From the IMG/VR virus record IMGVR_UViG_3300027969_000044, positions 1 through 64,000 of that record: a stretch of DNA of 64,000 nt. The stretch is one strand, 5' to 3'. This DNA comes from a virus. The notes under the pieces were generated by a model. That model saw only the letters and a list, made by a program, of their open reading frames with translations. It searched no databases and was not told the origin of the DNA. Below are positions 30,244-39,901 of this stretch, in pieces. The translations under genes were made by a program, and so were the position numbers. How positions within the stretch are numbered: position 1 is the first letter of the stretch; every line of letters starts with the position of its first letter.

Positions 30244-32511
30244 ATGTCAGCAAAACAAGTACAATTAAGAAGAGGTACTACAGGTCAATTAGCAACCTTT
30301 AGTGGAGCACTCGGAGAAGTAATCTATGATTCAACTAAGAAAACCTTAGTTGCCATGGATGGATCTACTGTTGGTGGATTTCCTTTAGCCAGAGCAGATC
30401 AGGCTGTAACACTAGGAACAACTGCTACAAGCACAGTATTAGGTACTGTTAAGATTGGTACAAACATACAGGCCGCAGGCGATGGCACTATCAACATTGG
30501 TACTGCTGGATTTGCTGTAACCAACGGAACACTAACTGCAGGTGCTGCAACATTCACTGGTGGTCTAGCCCTTAATACTAGTGGTAGTATAACAACTGAT
30601 CAAACAAGTGGTTCTCTGTTTAATGCAACTGTTACAACACTAAACATTGGTGGTGCGGCAACAAGTATCTTAATGGGATCAGGTAGTGCGGGTACGCTGA
30701 CAATTAATAACCCAACTATTGCTACCGGAGTCACTGCTGGTACACTAGCCCTGTTTAACACAGGCCTAACCGGTACACTAAGCATTGGTGGGGCTGCTGG
30801 TACTATTGGACTAGGCTCTAGCGCAAGTTCATTAACAGTTGGTTCAACAATACTAGGTGCCGCTACTACACAGAACGTTTTTAATACTGTGGCAACAACA
30901 TTGAATGCGTTTGGGGCGGCAACTACTATCAGTCTTGGCGGTGCCACTGGCACAATGACATTAAAGAACCCAACTATTGTTGGATCAAGCGCAAGTCAAG
31001 ATTTATTCAATACCGTAGCAACTACATTTAACTTTGGCGGAGCCGCAACTGCTCTAGCAGTAGGTGCCGCTACTGGAACATTAACACTAAACAATCCGAC
31101 GATTGTTGGCAATGCTAGTAACACAAGTGTTACATTATGGAACACTGTAGCTACTACAGTAAATGCATTTGGTGCTGCATCAACACTAAACATTGGCGCA
31201 GCCAGTGGAACATTAACCTTTGGCAACGCAACACTAACAGGTACCAATGCCGCTACATTTAACATGAACGGTAGTAACCCTTCAATTGTTACAACTAACG
31301 CAGGTACTGCGGCAGTATTCAATACTAACGCAACCACTGGTAATTTGTTTGGTGGAGCAAGCACAGCGGTTAACATTGGTAACGCAAGTGGTACAATGAC
31401 TCTACGTAGTCCAACTATTGTCGGTAGTCAGACTACCCAAGCATTGTTTGATACCGTGGCCACAACAATGAACTTTGCTGGTGCGGCTACTACATTAACA
31501 CTAGGTAATGCTACTGCGGCAACTGCTACACTACGTCCTGGTACACTAGTTGGTAGTAATACTACACAAGTAGTGTTTGATACTGTAGCAACAACAGTTA
31601 ACGCATTTGGCGCGGCAACAACATTAACACTAGGTAATGCTACTGCGGCAACTGCTACACTACGTCCTGGTACACTAGTTGGTAGTAATACTACACAAAA
31701 CGTATTCAATACAGTAGCGACAACAGGTAACTTGTTTGGAGCGGCAACTGCTATTACAGTCGGTGCTAGTGCATCTGCAACATTTACAATGAACCCGGGT
31801 ACAGTCGTAGGTGCTAATACAACACAAAACGTATTCAATACAGTAGCAACTACCGGTAACTTGTTTGGGGCAGCGACTATAATTGGTATTGGTGCTACAA
31901 GTGGTACACTAACTATTAACAACCCAACAGTAGTTGGTAGCCAAACAACACAAAACTTGTTTAACACAGTAGCAACAACACTGAACATCGGTGGGGCGGC
32001 TACTACATTAAGTATTGGCAATGCTGGCGGAACCGCAACAGTTAACGGTGGCTTAACAGCAACTGGCACACTAACTGGTAACGGAACGGTTACATTAAAT
32101 CCAGCAAACGCCAGTGTAAGTTTACAACCAACCGGTACTGGATCTGTTACAATTAATCCGGCAGCTATTGGAAGTATTAATAATATAAACATTGGTGCTA
32201 CTACCGCAGGAACTGGTCGCTTTACAAGTTTAACTGTCGGATATAGAGCTGTAACGGGTGCTAGTGCAACTATTGCTGCCGCAGATGCTATTGTTGGTGT
32301 TAACTATGGTGGCGCAGTAGCATTAACACTACCAGCAGTGGCCGCAGGAAAGTATATTATAATCAAAGACGAAAGTGGTGCCGCTGTCACAAACAACATT
32401 ACTATTACACCAGCGTCGGGTACTATCGACGGTGGAAGCAACATAGTGTTGAACGTGAGCTATGGTTCTTACGCACTGTACAGCAACGGTACAAACTGGT
32501 TCGTGGTATAA
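30244..32511 (+). CDS. Tail fibre protein with Mtd-like N-terminus and ~43-aa repeats
   Basis: QVQLRRGTT...GEVIYD..K.L..MDG.T.GG; repeated NTVATT.N.FGAAT. Confidence 0.8.
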   Translation: MSAKQVQLRRGTTGQLATFSGALGEVIYDSTKKTLVAMDGSTVGGFPLARADQAVTLGTTATSTVLGTVKIGTNIQAAGDGTINIGTAGFAVTNGTLTAGAATFTGGLALNTSGSITTDQTSGSLFNATVTTLNIGGAATSILMGSGSAGTLTINNPTIATGVTAGTLALFNTGLTGTLSIGGAAGTIGLGSSASSLTVGSTILGAATTQNVFNTVATTLNAFGAATTISLGGATGTMTLKNPTIVGSSASQDLFNTVATTFNFGGAATALAVGAATGTLTLNNPTIVGNASNTSVTLWNTVATTVNAFGAASTLNIGAASGTLTFGNATLTGTNAATFNMNGSNPSIVTTNAGTAAVFNTNATTGNLFGGASTAVNIGNASGTMTLRSPTIVGSQTTQALFDTVATTMNFAGAATTLTLGNATAATATLRPGTLVGSNTTQVVFDTVATTVNAFGAATTLTLGNATAATATLRPGTLVGSNTTQNVFNTVATTGNLFGAATAITVGASASATFTMNPGTVVGANTTQNVFNTVATTGNLFGAATIIGIGATSGTLTINNPTVVGSQTTQNLFNTVATTLNIGGAATTLSIGNAGGTATVNGGLTATGTLTGNGTVTLNPANASVSLQPTGTGSVTINPAAIGSINNINIGATTAGTGRFTSLTVGYRAVTGASATIAAADAIVGVNYGGAVALTLPAVAAGKYIIIKDESGAAVTNNITITPASGTIDGGSNIVLNVSYGSYALYSNGTNWFVV
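31492..31698 (+). repeat. Identical 78-bp direct repeat with 129-bp period
   Basis: acattaacactaggtaatgct...ggtagtaatactacacaa at 31492-31569 and 31621-31698. Confidence 0.9.
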
Positions 32512-32521
32512 GGAGAACTGA

Positions 32522-33385
32522 ATGTCACACTCACCAAAAGCATTTGCAATCGCTAACATTACTAATGAAAGTAAGGCTACTATGTTTAGTAGTCCTACAT
32601 TTACTGGTACAGTAACTGGGGTTTCAAAATCTCACGTAGGACTAGGTAACGTTGAAAACACAGCATTAAGTACTTGGGCAGGTTCAAGTAACATTACTAC
32701 CTTAGGAACGGTAACTGTAGGTAGTGCTCCAGCAAGTGATGTATATTCTTGGGCTAAACAAACATCTAAACCATCATACACAGCAAGCGAAGTAGGATTA
32801 GGTAACGTTGAAAACACAACATTAAGTACATGGGCAGGTTCAAGTAACATTACCACAGTTGGCACACTAACAGGTGGTAGCGCAAGTAAAACATTTGTTG
32901 GGTTAGGTAACGTTGAAAACACAACATTAAGTACATGGGCAGGTTCAAGTAACATTACCACTGTTGGTACATTAGGTAGCGTACAGATTACAAGTCTAGG
33001 TATTGGTACATCGGCGTCGGGTACAACAGGAGAAATCCGTGCTACCAATAACATCACAGGTTACTATACTTCAGATCGTTCACTAAAAGAGAACATCCGC
33101 AACATCACAGGCGCACTAGATAAAGTTCGAGCACTTAACGGAGTCATGTTTGATTGGAAACAGAGCTATATTGAAGAACGTGGTGGCGAAGATGGTTATT
33201 TTGTTCGCAAGGCAGATACTGGCGTTATTGCTCAAGAAGTTGAAGCAGTACTACCAGAAGTAGTCGGTACTAGAGAAAACGGTACTAAAGCAGTTGCCTA
33301 CGAAAAATTAGCAGGCTTATTGATCGAATCAATCAAAGAACTAGATCTTAAAGTTGAAGAAATTAAACGTCACTTGGGGATTTAA
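32522..33385 (+). CDS. Short tail fibre protein with peptidase S74 chaperone
   Basis: VGLGNVENT.LSTWAG three times; SDRSLKENI...GVIAQEV..Y..L..LLIESIKEL. Confidence 0.82.
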   Translation: MSHSPKAFAIANITNESKATMFSSPTFTGTVTGVSKSHVGLGNVENTALSTWAGSSNITTLGTVTVGSAPASDVYSWAKQTSKPSYTASEVGLGNVENTTLSTWAGSSNITTVGTLTGGSASKTFVGLGNVENTTLSTWAGSSNITTVGTLGSVQITSLGIGTSASGTTGEIRATNNITGYYTSDRSLKENIRNITGALDKVRALNGVMFDWKQSYIEERGGEDGYFVRKADTGVIAQEVEAVLPEVVGTRENGTKAVAYEKLAGLLIESIKELDLKVEEIKRHLGI

Positions 33386-34333
33386 ATGGCTTACAGTCCA
33401 GCGGCACATAATACAGCAACAGCAGGTCGAGCAGGATTTGTAAGACTAGGGTCAGGACTTGGCGGACAGTCGGACGGTACTATTGTTTCTAACGCAACAC
33501 TATTGGGATTAACAAAAAGCTCAGTTGGTTTAGGGAACGTAGAAAACACAGCACTATCTACATGGGCCGGTAATACAAGTATAACGTCACTTGGGACTGT
33601 TACAGTGGGTAGTGCTCCAGCTAGTGATGTATATTCTTGGGCCAAACAATCAACTAAGCCATCATACACAAAATCAGAAGTAGGATTAGGTAGCGTTGAT
33701 AATACTGCTGACTCTGCTAAATCAGTAAGCTATGCTACTACCGCTCGACGATTAGCACGTAGTGACTCTGCGGTTGATACATATAACGTTCAAAGTTGGT
33801 GGGACGGAACTTACTGGTACTTAAAAGGGTACAATGATAGTACATATCACGCAGGTGTTAGAGTATTATATGCCGACTCAGCAGGTAGTGCTCCGGCAAG
33901 TGATGTATATTCTTGGGCCAAAGCCGCAACTAAACCAAGTTACACTAGCAGTGAAGTAGGATTAGGTAACGTTGGTAACTATACTGTAAATCAAAATGTA
34001 GGTACTGGTAATGATGTAACTTTTAATAATGTTACAGCGGCCGCTTTTTACTATAGTTCAGACGAAACATTAAAAACAAATATCAATAACTTAACTAACT
34101 ACTGGGAGATTTTAGATAAACTTCGTCCTGTTAGTTTTGATTGGATTTTAAATGGCAAAAAAGATTTAGGATTACTAGCTCAAGATGTTCAGGGAGTATT
34201 GCCAGAATCAGTTAAAGTTGCTGACGACGGTACGTTGGCAATCAGTTCATCTGGAATTATTGCCAACTTAGTTGCCGCTGTTAAGGATCTTAAATCACAG
34301 GTTGATGAACTAACAAAACAACTGAAGGGGTAA
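33386..34333 (+). CDS. Short tail fibre protein with peptidase S74 chaperone
   Basis: Same VGLGNV and GSAPASDVYSWAK modules; SDETLK...GLLAQDV. Confidence 0.82.
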   Translation: MAYSPAAHNTATAGRAGFVRLGSGLGGQSDGTIVSNATLLGLTKSSVGLGNVENTALSTWAGNTSITSLGTVTVGSAPASDVYSWAKQSTKPSYTKSEVGLGSVDNTADSAKSVSYATTARRLARSDSAVDTYNVQSWWDGTYWYLKGYNDSTYHAGVRVLYADSAGSAPASDVYSWAKAATKPSYTSSEVGLGNVGNYTVNQNVGTGNDVTFNNVTAAAFYYSSDETLKTNINNLTNYWEILDKLRPVSFDWILNGKKDLGLLAQDVQGVLPESVKVADDGTLAISSSGIIANLVAAVKDLKSQVDELTKQLKG

Positions 34334-34336
34334 GGC

Positions 34337-34939
34337 ATGGCAAGGTTAAACAATACGGTAGCCGATTCAGTACGTAGTTGGGGACCAGGATACAATGACG
34401 GTCCTGACTATTATGCCGCGCCCACTTGGTACCACAATAGAGGAATGAAGATTACCAACAATACCGGTAAAGATCTATTCCTTCCAGACAACTCCGAAGC
34501 CGAACGAAATGCTGTATACCGAGCCGGCCCTGGATCTAGGGAAACAGGCAACTGGGTTGATATAGTCCCATATCTACGAAGAGATCAAGTAGCTGTGGGA
34601 AATTATTGTTGGAGCGGTCCTAATTTTGACTTTAATGCGGATCCCCAACCAACTCCTCCTGCGTGTCCTAGTGGATACACTGACGGTGGCATTCGCGCAA
34701 CTAATGCAGCTATGCCCGATTACGGTAATGGGCCAAAAACATATCGACCGCCCTATGACGGTACTGTACCTCCATCACAATGGGTAGCAACCTATGGAGA
34801 ACAATTAGATGTTCAATTCGCAGGAGCGACCAGGAACGCTATCTATATGTGCCAGAGCCTTGCTCAAGGTTATTTTTGGAATTGTAGTTCATCATATCCT
34901 TATCAATGGATTGTAGTTAGAATTTGTGTAAAGTCTTAA
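34337..34939 (+). CDS. Hypothetical Cys/Pro/Tyr-rich protein in the tail module
   Basis: 200-aa ORF between the fibres and the thioredoxin. Confidence 0.7.
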   Translation: MARLNNTVADSVRSWGPGYNDGPDYYAAPTWYHNRGMKITNNTGKDLFLPDNSEAERNAVYRAGPGSRETGNWVDIVPYLRRDQVAVGNYCWSGPNFDFNADPQPTPPACPSGYTDGGIRATNAAMPDYGNGPKTYRPPYDGTVPPSQWVATYGEQLDVQFAGATRNAIYMCQSLAQGYFWNCSSSYPYQWIVVRICVKS

Positions 34940-34940
34940 T

Positions 34941-35285
34941 ATGACAGAAATAGAATTAGATAATCTTGCTAAAGAACTAGACTCGGTAGGAGGAGAATTT
35001 CTTTCATTAGTAGTACTATGGAATAGAGAATGTAGTCACTGTACCCCATTTTTAGAAATGATCGGTGGAATTGAATCAAACTTTTCTAAATACAAATTAT
35101 ATACGGTTCATGTCGAAGACGTTCCGTTATTTGCGCCTCCGGCTATTCCGTCAGTATCTGTTTTTTACAACGGAGTAAGATTTTTTGAAGGACTAGGAGT
35201 TCCGGATCAACAGACGTTTGTAAAAGGCTTAGAATTTTGGCAATCCGAATGGGAAAAGAATATAAGGAAAAATCATGGCAATTGA
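34941..35285 (+). CDS. Thioredoxin-fold protein
   Basis: W..ECSHC (CxxC) and a cis-Pro-like IPS motif. Confidence 0.75.
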   Translation: MTEIELDNLAKELDSVGGEFLSLVVLWNRECSHCTPFLEMIGGIESNFSKYKLYTVHVEDVPLFAPPAIPSVSVFYNGVRFFEGLGVPDQQTFVKGLEFWQSEWEKNIRKNHGN

Positions 35286-35487
35286 AATTGTTAACTCAGC
35301 AATAGGTACATCGTTTTCGCATGAAAAAGAAGGATCTATTAATCCTGGAATTGTTAAGGTAATTGTATATAAAGAAAACGATACTGAAAGTATCGTGACC
35401 TTGCCAGACCCCGATATGAATAATTTTATACCACTTGACCAAGTAACTGATGACAAATTAATTGAATGGATCGAAGCCCATAAATAA
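35275..35487 (+). CDS. Small acidic hypothetical protein
   Basis: 70 aa; NFIPLDQVT....EWI. Confidence 0.6.
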   Translation: MAIEIVNSAIGTSFSHEKEGSINPGIVKVIVYKENDTESIVTLPDPDMNNFIPLDQVTDDKLIEWIEAHK

Positions 35488-35490
35488 AAT

Positions 35491-37113
35491 ATGAGTGAGT
35501 TAAAACCGTACTATGTTGTTAGCGACCATCCAGATCTAACCGATGCTATTATCGCAGATCTGCAATCTTCTGAAGGCTCAGCAACAGTACCAAGTCGCGT
35601 TGTAGAAATAACTGACATGATGATGGGCAGTGAGCATACTGTCGAAGCCTTGCTTACAGATGAAGAAGCGGCTCTGTTAAACAATGATCCACGTATTCGT
35701 ATCGTTGAGCAAGATCCTATTGAATACAAAAATGTAAGAAAAGGAACGAGTGGTGTTAGAACAGGTAGCTACAGTAACTCATATTCAAACCTTGCTACAC
35801 ATAAAAATTACGGATTGATTCGCAGTACCAGTACCAGTAATGATTTTGCTACTTCCTATACAATAACTAAACCATTTAATTTTAATTTAGATGGAACAGG
35901 TGTTGACATTATTGTATTTGACACAGGTGTTGAACCATATCATCCAGAGTTTTCAAAAAACGCAGACGGGACAGGCGGTACAAGAGTCATTGACCACGAT
36001 TGGACACAGTACGGATATCTTACATCAGTAACTGGGGGGTTTTTAGGAGACTGTGACGGACACGGAACTAATTGTGCTTCAATTGCCGCAGGTAACACCA
36101 ATGGATGGGCATCTGGATCAAAAATATACAGTATGAGAACGGTTCCGGGTGATAGCTCACCATATAGAAGTATTGCCGATAATCGCAGTTTAGGATTAAT
36201 TCCCGAACTAAGCTGTTGGTATACTGTTAGAGCATTTCACAACGCAAAACCAATAGACCCTGCCACAGGATATAAGCGTCCAACAATAGTTACAGGTAGT
36301 TATGGCTATTCTGAATCATACGGTAATGGATTACAAACAGTAACTTACAGAGGAACAACAGTAGCGTTAACTACAACAACTGGTGCTGGCGCAACAAATT
36401 ATGGAACGCTCGGTCGAGCAGAGTACGGTGATGGCAGTTTTGGTTATAGATATACAACTGTTGAAACAGAAATACAGAATTGCATTAACGCAGGTGTTAT
36501 TGTAATATGCTCCGCAGGAAACAATGCTCATAAGATCGATGTTGTGGGTGGATTAGATTATAACAACTACGTTACAATGTCTGATGCTCCGGGATCACCT
36601 CGTCCATACCATAGAGGGCAAACTCCTGCGTCATGTCCGGGAGTTATCTGCGTTGGAGCATCAGACAACTACTACACAAGCTATGATAACAAGGCATATT
36701 TTAGTTCTACTGGTCCCAGGGTAGACTTGTATGCTCCGGGTGTACTAATCATGGGAGGATTTGATAATCGTACGTATCTTAGTGCCGCAGTTGTTGATCC
36801 TCGGTCAGGGTCAAGTACAAGTACTAGTGAAACATACTACCTAAATAAAATAAGTGGGACAAGTCAAGCAACTCCGCAAGTTACGGGTGTTGTAGCTTGT
36901 TTATTGCAGGCTCGCCCTTGGATGACAGCTACGCAGGTATTAAATTGGTTAAAAAGTGTTAGTCTAAAAAATCAGCTAAATGAAAGTGCTTTTGTAGGTG
37001 GATCAATTCCTAGTGTAGGAACATACACAAACTTGGCCAGCATACAGGGTGGAAATAATTACATCCTATATCAAGCATTCAACCTACCTGACCCACTAAC
37101 AATACGCGGATAA
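35491..37113 (+). CDS. Subtilisin-like serine protease (peptidase S8) with prodomain
   Basis: Catalytic D (VFDTG), H (DGHGT), oxyanion N (SAGN), S (SGTSQATP). Confidence 0.92.
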   Translation: MSELKPYYVVSDHPDLTDAIIADLQSSEGSATVPSRVVEITDMMMGSEHTVEALLTDEEAALLNNDPRIRIVEQDPIEYKNVRKGTSGVRTGSYSNSYSNLATHKNYGLIRSTSTSNDFATSYTITKPFNFNLDGTGVDIIVFDTGVEPYHPEFSKNADGTGGTRVIDHDWTQYGYLTSVTGGFLGDCDGHGTNCASIAAGNTNGWASGSKIYSMRTVPGDSSPYRSIADNRSLGLIPELSCWYTVRAFHNAKPIDPATGYKRPTIVTGSYGYSESYGNGLQTVTYRGTTVALTTTTGAGATNYGTLGRAEYGDGSFGYRYTTVETEIQNCINAGVIVICSAGNNAHKIDVVGGLDYNNYVTMSDAPGSPRPYHRGQTPASCPGVICVGASDNYYTSYDNKAYFSSTGPRVDLYAPGVLIMGGFDNRTYLSAAVVDPRSGSSTSTSETYYLNKISGTSQATPQVTGVVACLLQARPWMTATQVLNWLKSVSLKNQLNESAFVGGSIPSVGTYTNLASIQGGNNYILYQAFNLPDPLTIRG

Positions 37114-37121
37114 ATATTAAC

Positions 37122-37631
37122 ATGACAAGTACAGTAACAGATACAATTAGCGGATTAGATTTAACCTACCCGGTCGCAGGGCAGGATAATGACACACAGG
37201 GGTTTAGAGATAACTTTACAATTATTAACCAAGCGTTTACCGCAACTTCATTAGAAATTACAAGTCTACAGTTCCAATTAAACAACGCCGTTACAACCAG
37301 TACAGCATTTGCCACAACTATTGCTACCACCGTAACTAATACTGTTCTATCTAATATTACTGCCACTGTTAGAACTATTGTTGCTAACTCATTAACAAAC
37401 TATTATACAACAGCATCAGTTAAGGCGTTAATACAAACTGCGCTAGTTGATGTTATTTCAACTTCTTCAAGATATACTATTGCCGCGCCAACTACATCTA
37501 AAGGTGGATTCGGTGATACAAAAGGTATGATATTTGCCACTACCGCAACTATCTACGTATGTCATAAGTCTTGGATAAATGACGGAACAGACATCTGGGC
37601 AAAAGTAACCGCAACAACAAGTCCGTGGTAA
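37122..37631 (+). CDS. Putative virion structural protein
   Basis: YPVAGQDNDTQGFRDNF N-terminus; Thr-rich; TAAATA at 37111-37116. Confidence 0.7.
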   Translation: MTSTVTDTISGLDLTYPVAGQDNDTQGFRDNFTIINQAFTATSLEITSLQFQLNNAVTTSTAFATTIATTVTNTVLSNITATVRTIVANSLTNYYTTASVKALIQTALVDVISTSSRYTIAAPTTSKGGFGDTKGMIFATTATIYVCHKSWINDGTDIWAKVTATTSPW

Positions 37632-37632
37632 T

Positions 37633-37875
37633 ATGTTCAACCCATTACTTGAAAACGTTCAGGATCTAAAAGATTTGGAATTAGAATCCAAAATAAACGA
37701 AGTTGGTCGCAAGTATCAAATTGCTTCCAGAACAATGAGCGGATCTATTCTAATACAGTTAGCAGTATGTCTAGAAGCATACAGAAATGAATTGAGCAGA
37801 CGTCAAAGTGAAAAACTTAAAGATCTGGCGCAGAAATCCAATAAGAACTTAGACGGCTTGATTAAAGTAAATTAA
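37633..37875 (+). CDS. Hypothetical protein
   Basis: 80-aa helical ORF. Confidence 0.75.
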   Translation: MFNPLLENVQDLKDLELESKINEVGRKYQIASRTMSGSILIQLAVCLEAYRNELSRRQSEKLKDLAQKSNKNLDGLIKVN

Positions 37876-37886
37876 TCTGCTATAAT
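37858..37886 (+). promoter_or_regulatory. sigma70-type promoter, probably giving a leaderless mRNA
   Basis: TTGATT, 17 bp, TATAAT (37881-37886); ATG starts 7 nt later at 37893 with no SD. Confidence 0.7.
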
Positions 37887-37892
37887 GTTTGT

Positions 37893-38423
37893 ATGACACT
37901 CGACGAATACAATCAAGCTGTACTTAACGGAGAAGATTTAGTCCAAGCACTATACTCTGGTAAAATACAAGAACTGGTTGACATCAATGTTAAAGACGAA
38001 GAACTTGTTAACCAATTTAACAATGCAATCAATGCCAATGGCGATCGTTTTTCTAAACTATCAGTTTACCAAAAGCCCAACGTAGACGTGGCAACATTTG
38101 ATGCCAACAATCAAAACAACTGGTTCATGCCCCTAGAATATCAAGAGTTCGATATTGAAACTTGGCTAGCGGAACAATGTAACACTAATAGAAAAATGGA
38201 TAGAGTACAGGGCGAACTTGTACTTTTCCGCCAACTTAATATGATCCCACTGCTAAGATACATTAAATACTTAGTAGACACAATGCGTGAAAACAATGTA
38301 GTATGGGGAGTAGGCAGAGGAAGCTCTGTAGCAAGTTACGTACTGTACTTAATTGGTGTTCACAAAATTGACAGTATTAAATATGAGCTCGATATAAACG
38401 AGTTCTTAAAACAGGAGAATTAA
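37893..38423 (+). CDS. Stand-alone DNA polymerase III alpha (DnaE)-like fragment
   Basis: RVQGEL..F...YL.D.MR...VVWGVGRGSSVASYVLYLIGVHKID matches the DnaE G.GRGS..GS.V.Y.L.I..ID signature; only 176 aa. Confidence 0.8.
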   Translation: MTLDEYNQAVLNGEDLVQALYSGKIQELVDINVKDEELVNQFNNAINANGDRFSKLSVYQKPNVDVATFDANNQNNWFMPLEYQEFDIETWLAEQCNTNRKMDRVQGELVLFRQLNMIPLLRYIKYLVDTMRENNVVWGVGRGSSVASYVLYLIGVHKIDSIKYELDINEFLKQEN

Positions 38424-38424
38424 T

Positions 38425-38646
38425 ATGACAACACGTAGATACAAAACAATGCAAGGCAGAGAAATTGATATGGATCAATTACTAGCCAAAAACGAACTTA
38501 TGCCAGCGGTAGGAAACGTTCGTATGAATGCTCGTGGTGACGAATTAGGCCCAGGTGGCAAGATTGTTAAGAAGCGCGAAGACCAAGTTGCGGCCTATTA
38601 CGAAAATAACCCAACAGCTATCCAGGCAGCTAAGAAAGGCGAATAA
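38425..38646 (+). CDS. Hypothetical phage protein
   Basis: 73 aa with AVGNVRMNARGDELG; SD AGGAG. Confidence 0.8.
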   Translation: MTTRRYKTMQGREIDMDQLLAKNELMPAVGNVRMNARGDELGPGGKIVKKREDQVAAYYENNPTAIQAAKKGE

Positions 38647-38996
38647 TGGGAATTAAAAGAGCAGTCCAAGGAACCATCGTTCCTTTACATGATAAAATCC
38701 TTGTGTCGGACATGAACTTTGGAGAAGAAACTACTAAAAGTGGTATTATCCTAAAAGGTGATGACGGACAACGTACAGGTATTCGTCCACGTTGGGCCCG
38801 TGTTTGGGCAGTTGGTCCAGAACAAAAAGAAGTCACAGAAGGCGAGTGGATTCTCATTGAACATGGTCGATGGACTCGTAAATTTGAACTTGAGATAGAT
38901 GATGGGGTTAAGGTTGCGCTACATGGTGTAGACAATAAGGCAATCTTACTAATCTCAGACGAAAGACCATCAGACGTTGTTAGAATGGGCGATTAA
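38646..38996 (+). CDS. groES: Co-chaperonin GroES-like protein
   Basis: PLHDKILV, mobile loop TKSGIIL, V.AVGP. Confidence 0.85.
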   Translation: MGIKRAVQGTIVPLHDKILVSDMNFGEETTKSGIILKGDDGQRTGIRPRWARVWAVGPEQKEVTEGEWILIEHGRWTRKFELEIDDGVKVALHGVDNKAILLISDERPSDVVRMGD

Positions 38997-39001
38997 TTAA
39001 A

Positions 39002-39038
39002 AACAGGGCTTGACATGCCCTGTTCTTTCCTCTATACT
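39002..39038 (+). promoter_or_regulatory. Terminator-like hairpin with a -35 box in its loop; sigma70 promoter, probably leaderless
   Basis: AACAGGGC/GCCCTGTT stem; TTGACA (39010-39015), 17 bp, TATACT (39033-39038); ATG at 39045. Confidence 0.8.
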
Positions 39039-39044
39039 ATATGA

Positions 39045-39506
39045 ATGATATTCAATAAAGTTAAGGAACTAAAAGACAAAGGTTTAAAGATTGGCATTAC
39101 CTTTAGTCAGTTCGACATGTTACACGCTGGACATATTGCTATGTTAAGCGAAGCCAAAAATCACTGCGACTACCTAATTGCTGGTTTACAAAATAACGCC
39201 AAGTGGGATCGCCCGGAAAAGAACGAACCAATCCAAAGTATTGTAGAAAGACAAATACAACTTAGTGCTACTCGCTTTGTTGACGAAATTGTTGTGTACA
39301 ATACAGAAAAGGATCTGGAAGACATTCTATTGACATTACCCGTAGATGTGCGTATACTAGGAGTTGAGTATAAAGATAAAGACTTTACAGGTAAAAACAT
39401 TTGTAATAGCAGAGGAATTGAAATTGTCTATAACGGACGAGATCATTCATTTAGTTCATCTAGTCTACGCAAACGTGTGGCAGAAGCAGAAAGCAAAAAG
39501 AAATGA
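39045..39506 (+). CDS. Cytidylyltransferase (TagD/RfaE-like, HIGH superfamily)
   Basis: FDMLHAGH, CDYLIAGL, ER, VDEI, FSSSSLR. Confidence 0.88.
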   Translation: MIFNKVKELKDKGLKIGITFSQFDMLHAGHIAMLSEAKNHCDYLIAGLQNNAKWDRPEKNEPIQSIVERQIQLSATRFVDEIVVYNTEKDLEDILLTLPVDVRILGVEYKDKDFTGKNICNSRGIEIVYNGRDHSFSSSSLRKRVAEAESKKK

Positions 39507-39901
39507 GCAAGTACGGTACAGCATACGCAACACTTCCAAAGTCGGCTATGATAGGGACAACTAGGGGACTTGCTATTAATAAACGACAACGATCAAAGCT
39601 ATCCCAATACGCAGAAGATAAACCCATGAAAAGAACATTAAAACAGAAACTTAGAGATTGGATTTTTAATGATCCGGAGCAAGAAGCTAATTACGTGTCA
39701 ATTGACGAAGGTCCGGATTTAGATAGCCGCACATCTACTAGAATTACAGTACATCAAGCAGTCGGTGGAACTATTATTCAAACTCGAAGATACGATGAGA
39801 GAAAAGATAATAATGTAGAAAATTTATACATTATTCACAAAGAGTCTGACCTTGGACAAGAACTTGCTAAAATTATTACACTGGAAGGATTGCGCTCATG
39901 A
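39503..39901 (+). CDS. Hypothetical protein
   Basis: 132-aa coupled ORF. Confidence 0.75.
   Translation: MSKYGTAYATLPKSAMIGTTRGLAINKRQRSKLSQYAEDKPMKRTLKQKLRDWIFNDPEQEANYVSIDEGPDLDSRTSTRITVHQAVGGTIIQTRRYDERKDNNVENLYIIHKESDLGQELAKIITLEGLRS

Noticed and set aside
30244-32511. Diversity-generating retroelement suggested by the Mtd-like N-terminus and repeats
   Set aside because: No reverse transcriptase in the window; the repeats are in-frame coding repeats and I saw no adenine-specific TR/VR mismatch pattern
12394-33669. Many long minus-strand ORFs (e.g. 29307..29870, 31428..32192, 32632..33057)
   Set aside because: Antisense shadows of Thr/Gly/Ala-rich repetitive fibre genes; no SD or promoter, and Val/Pro-rich mirror composition
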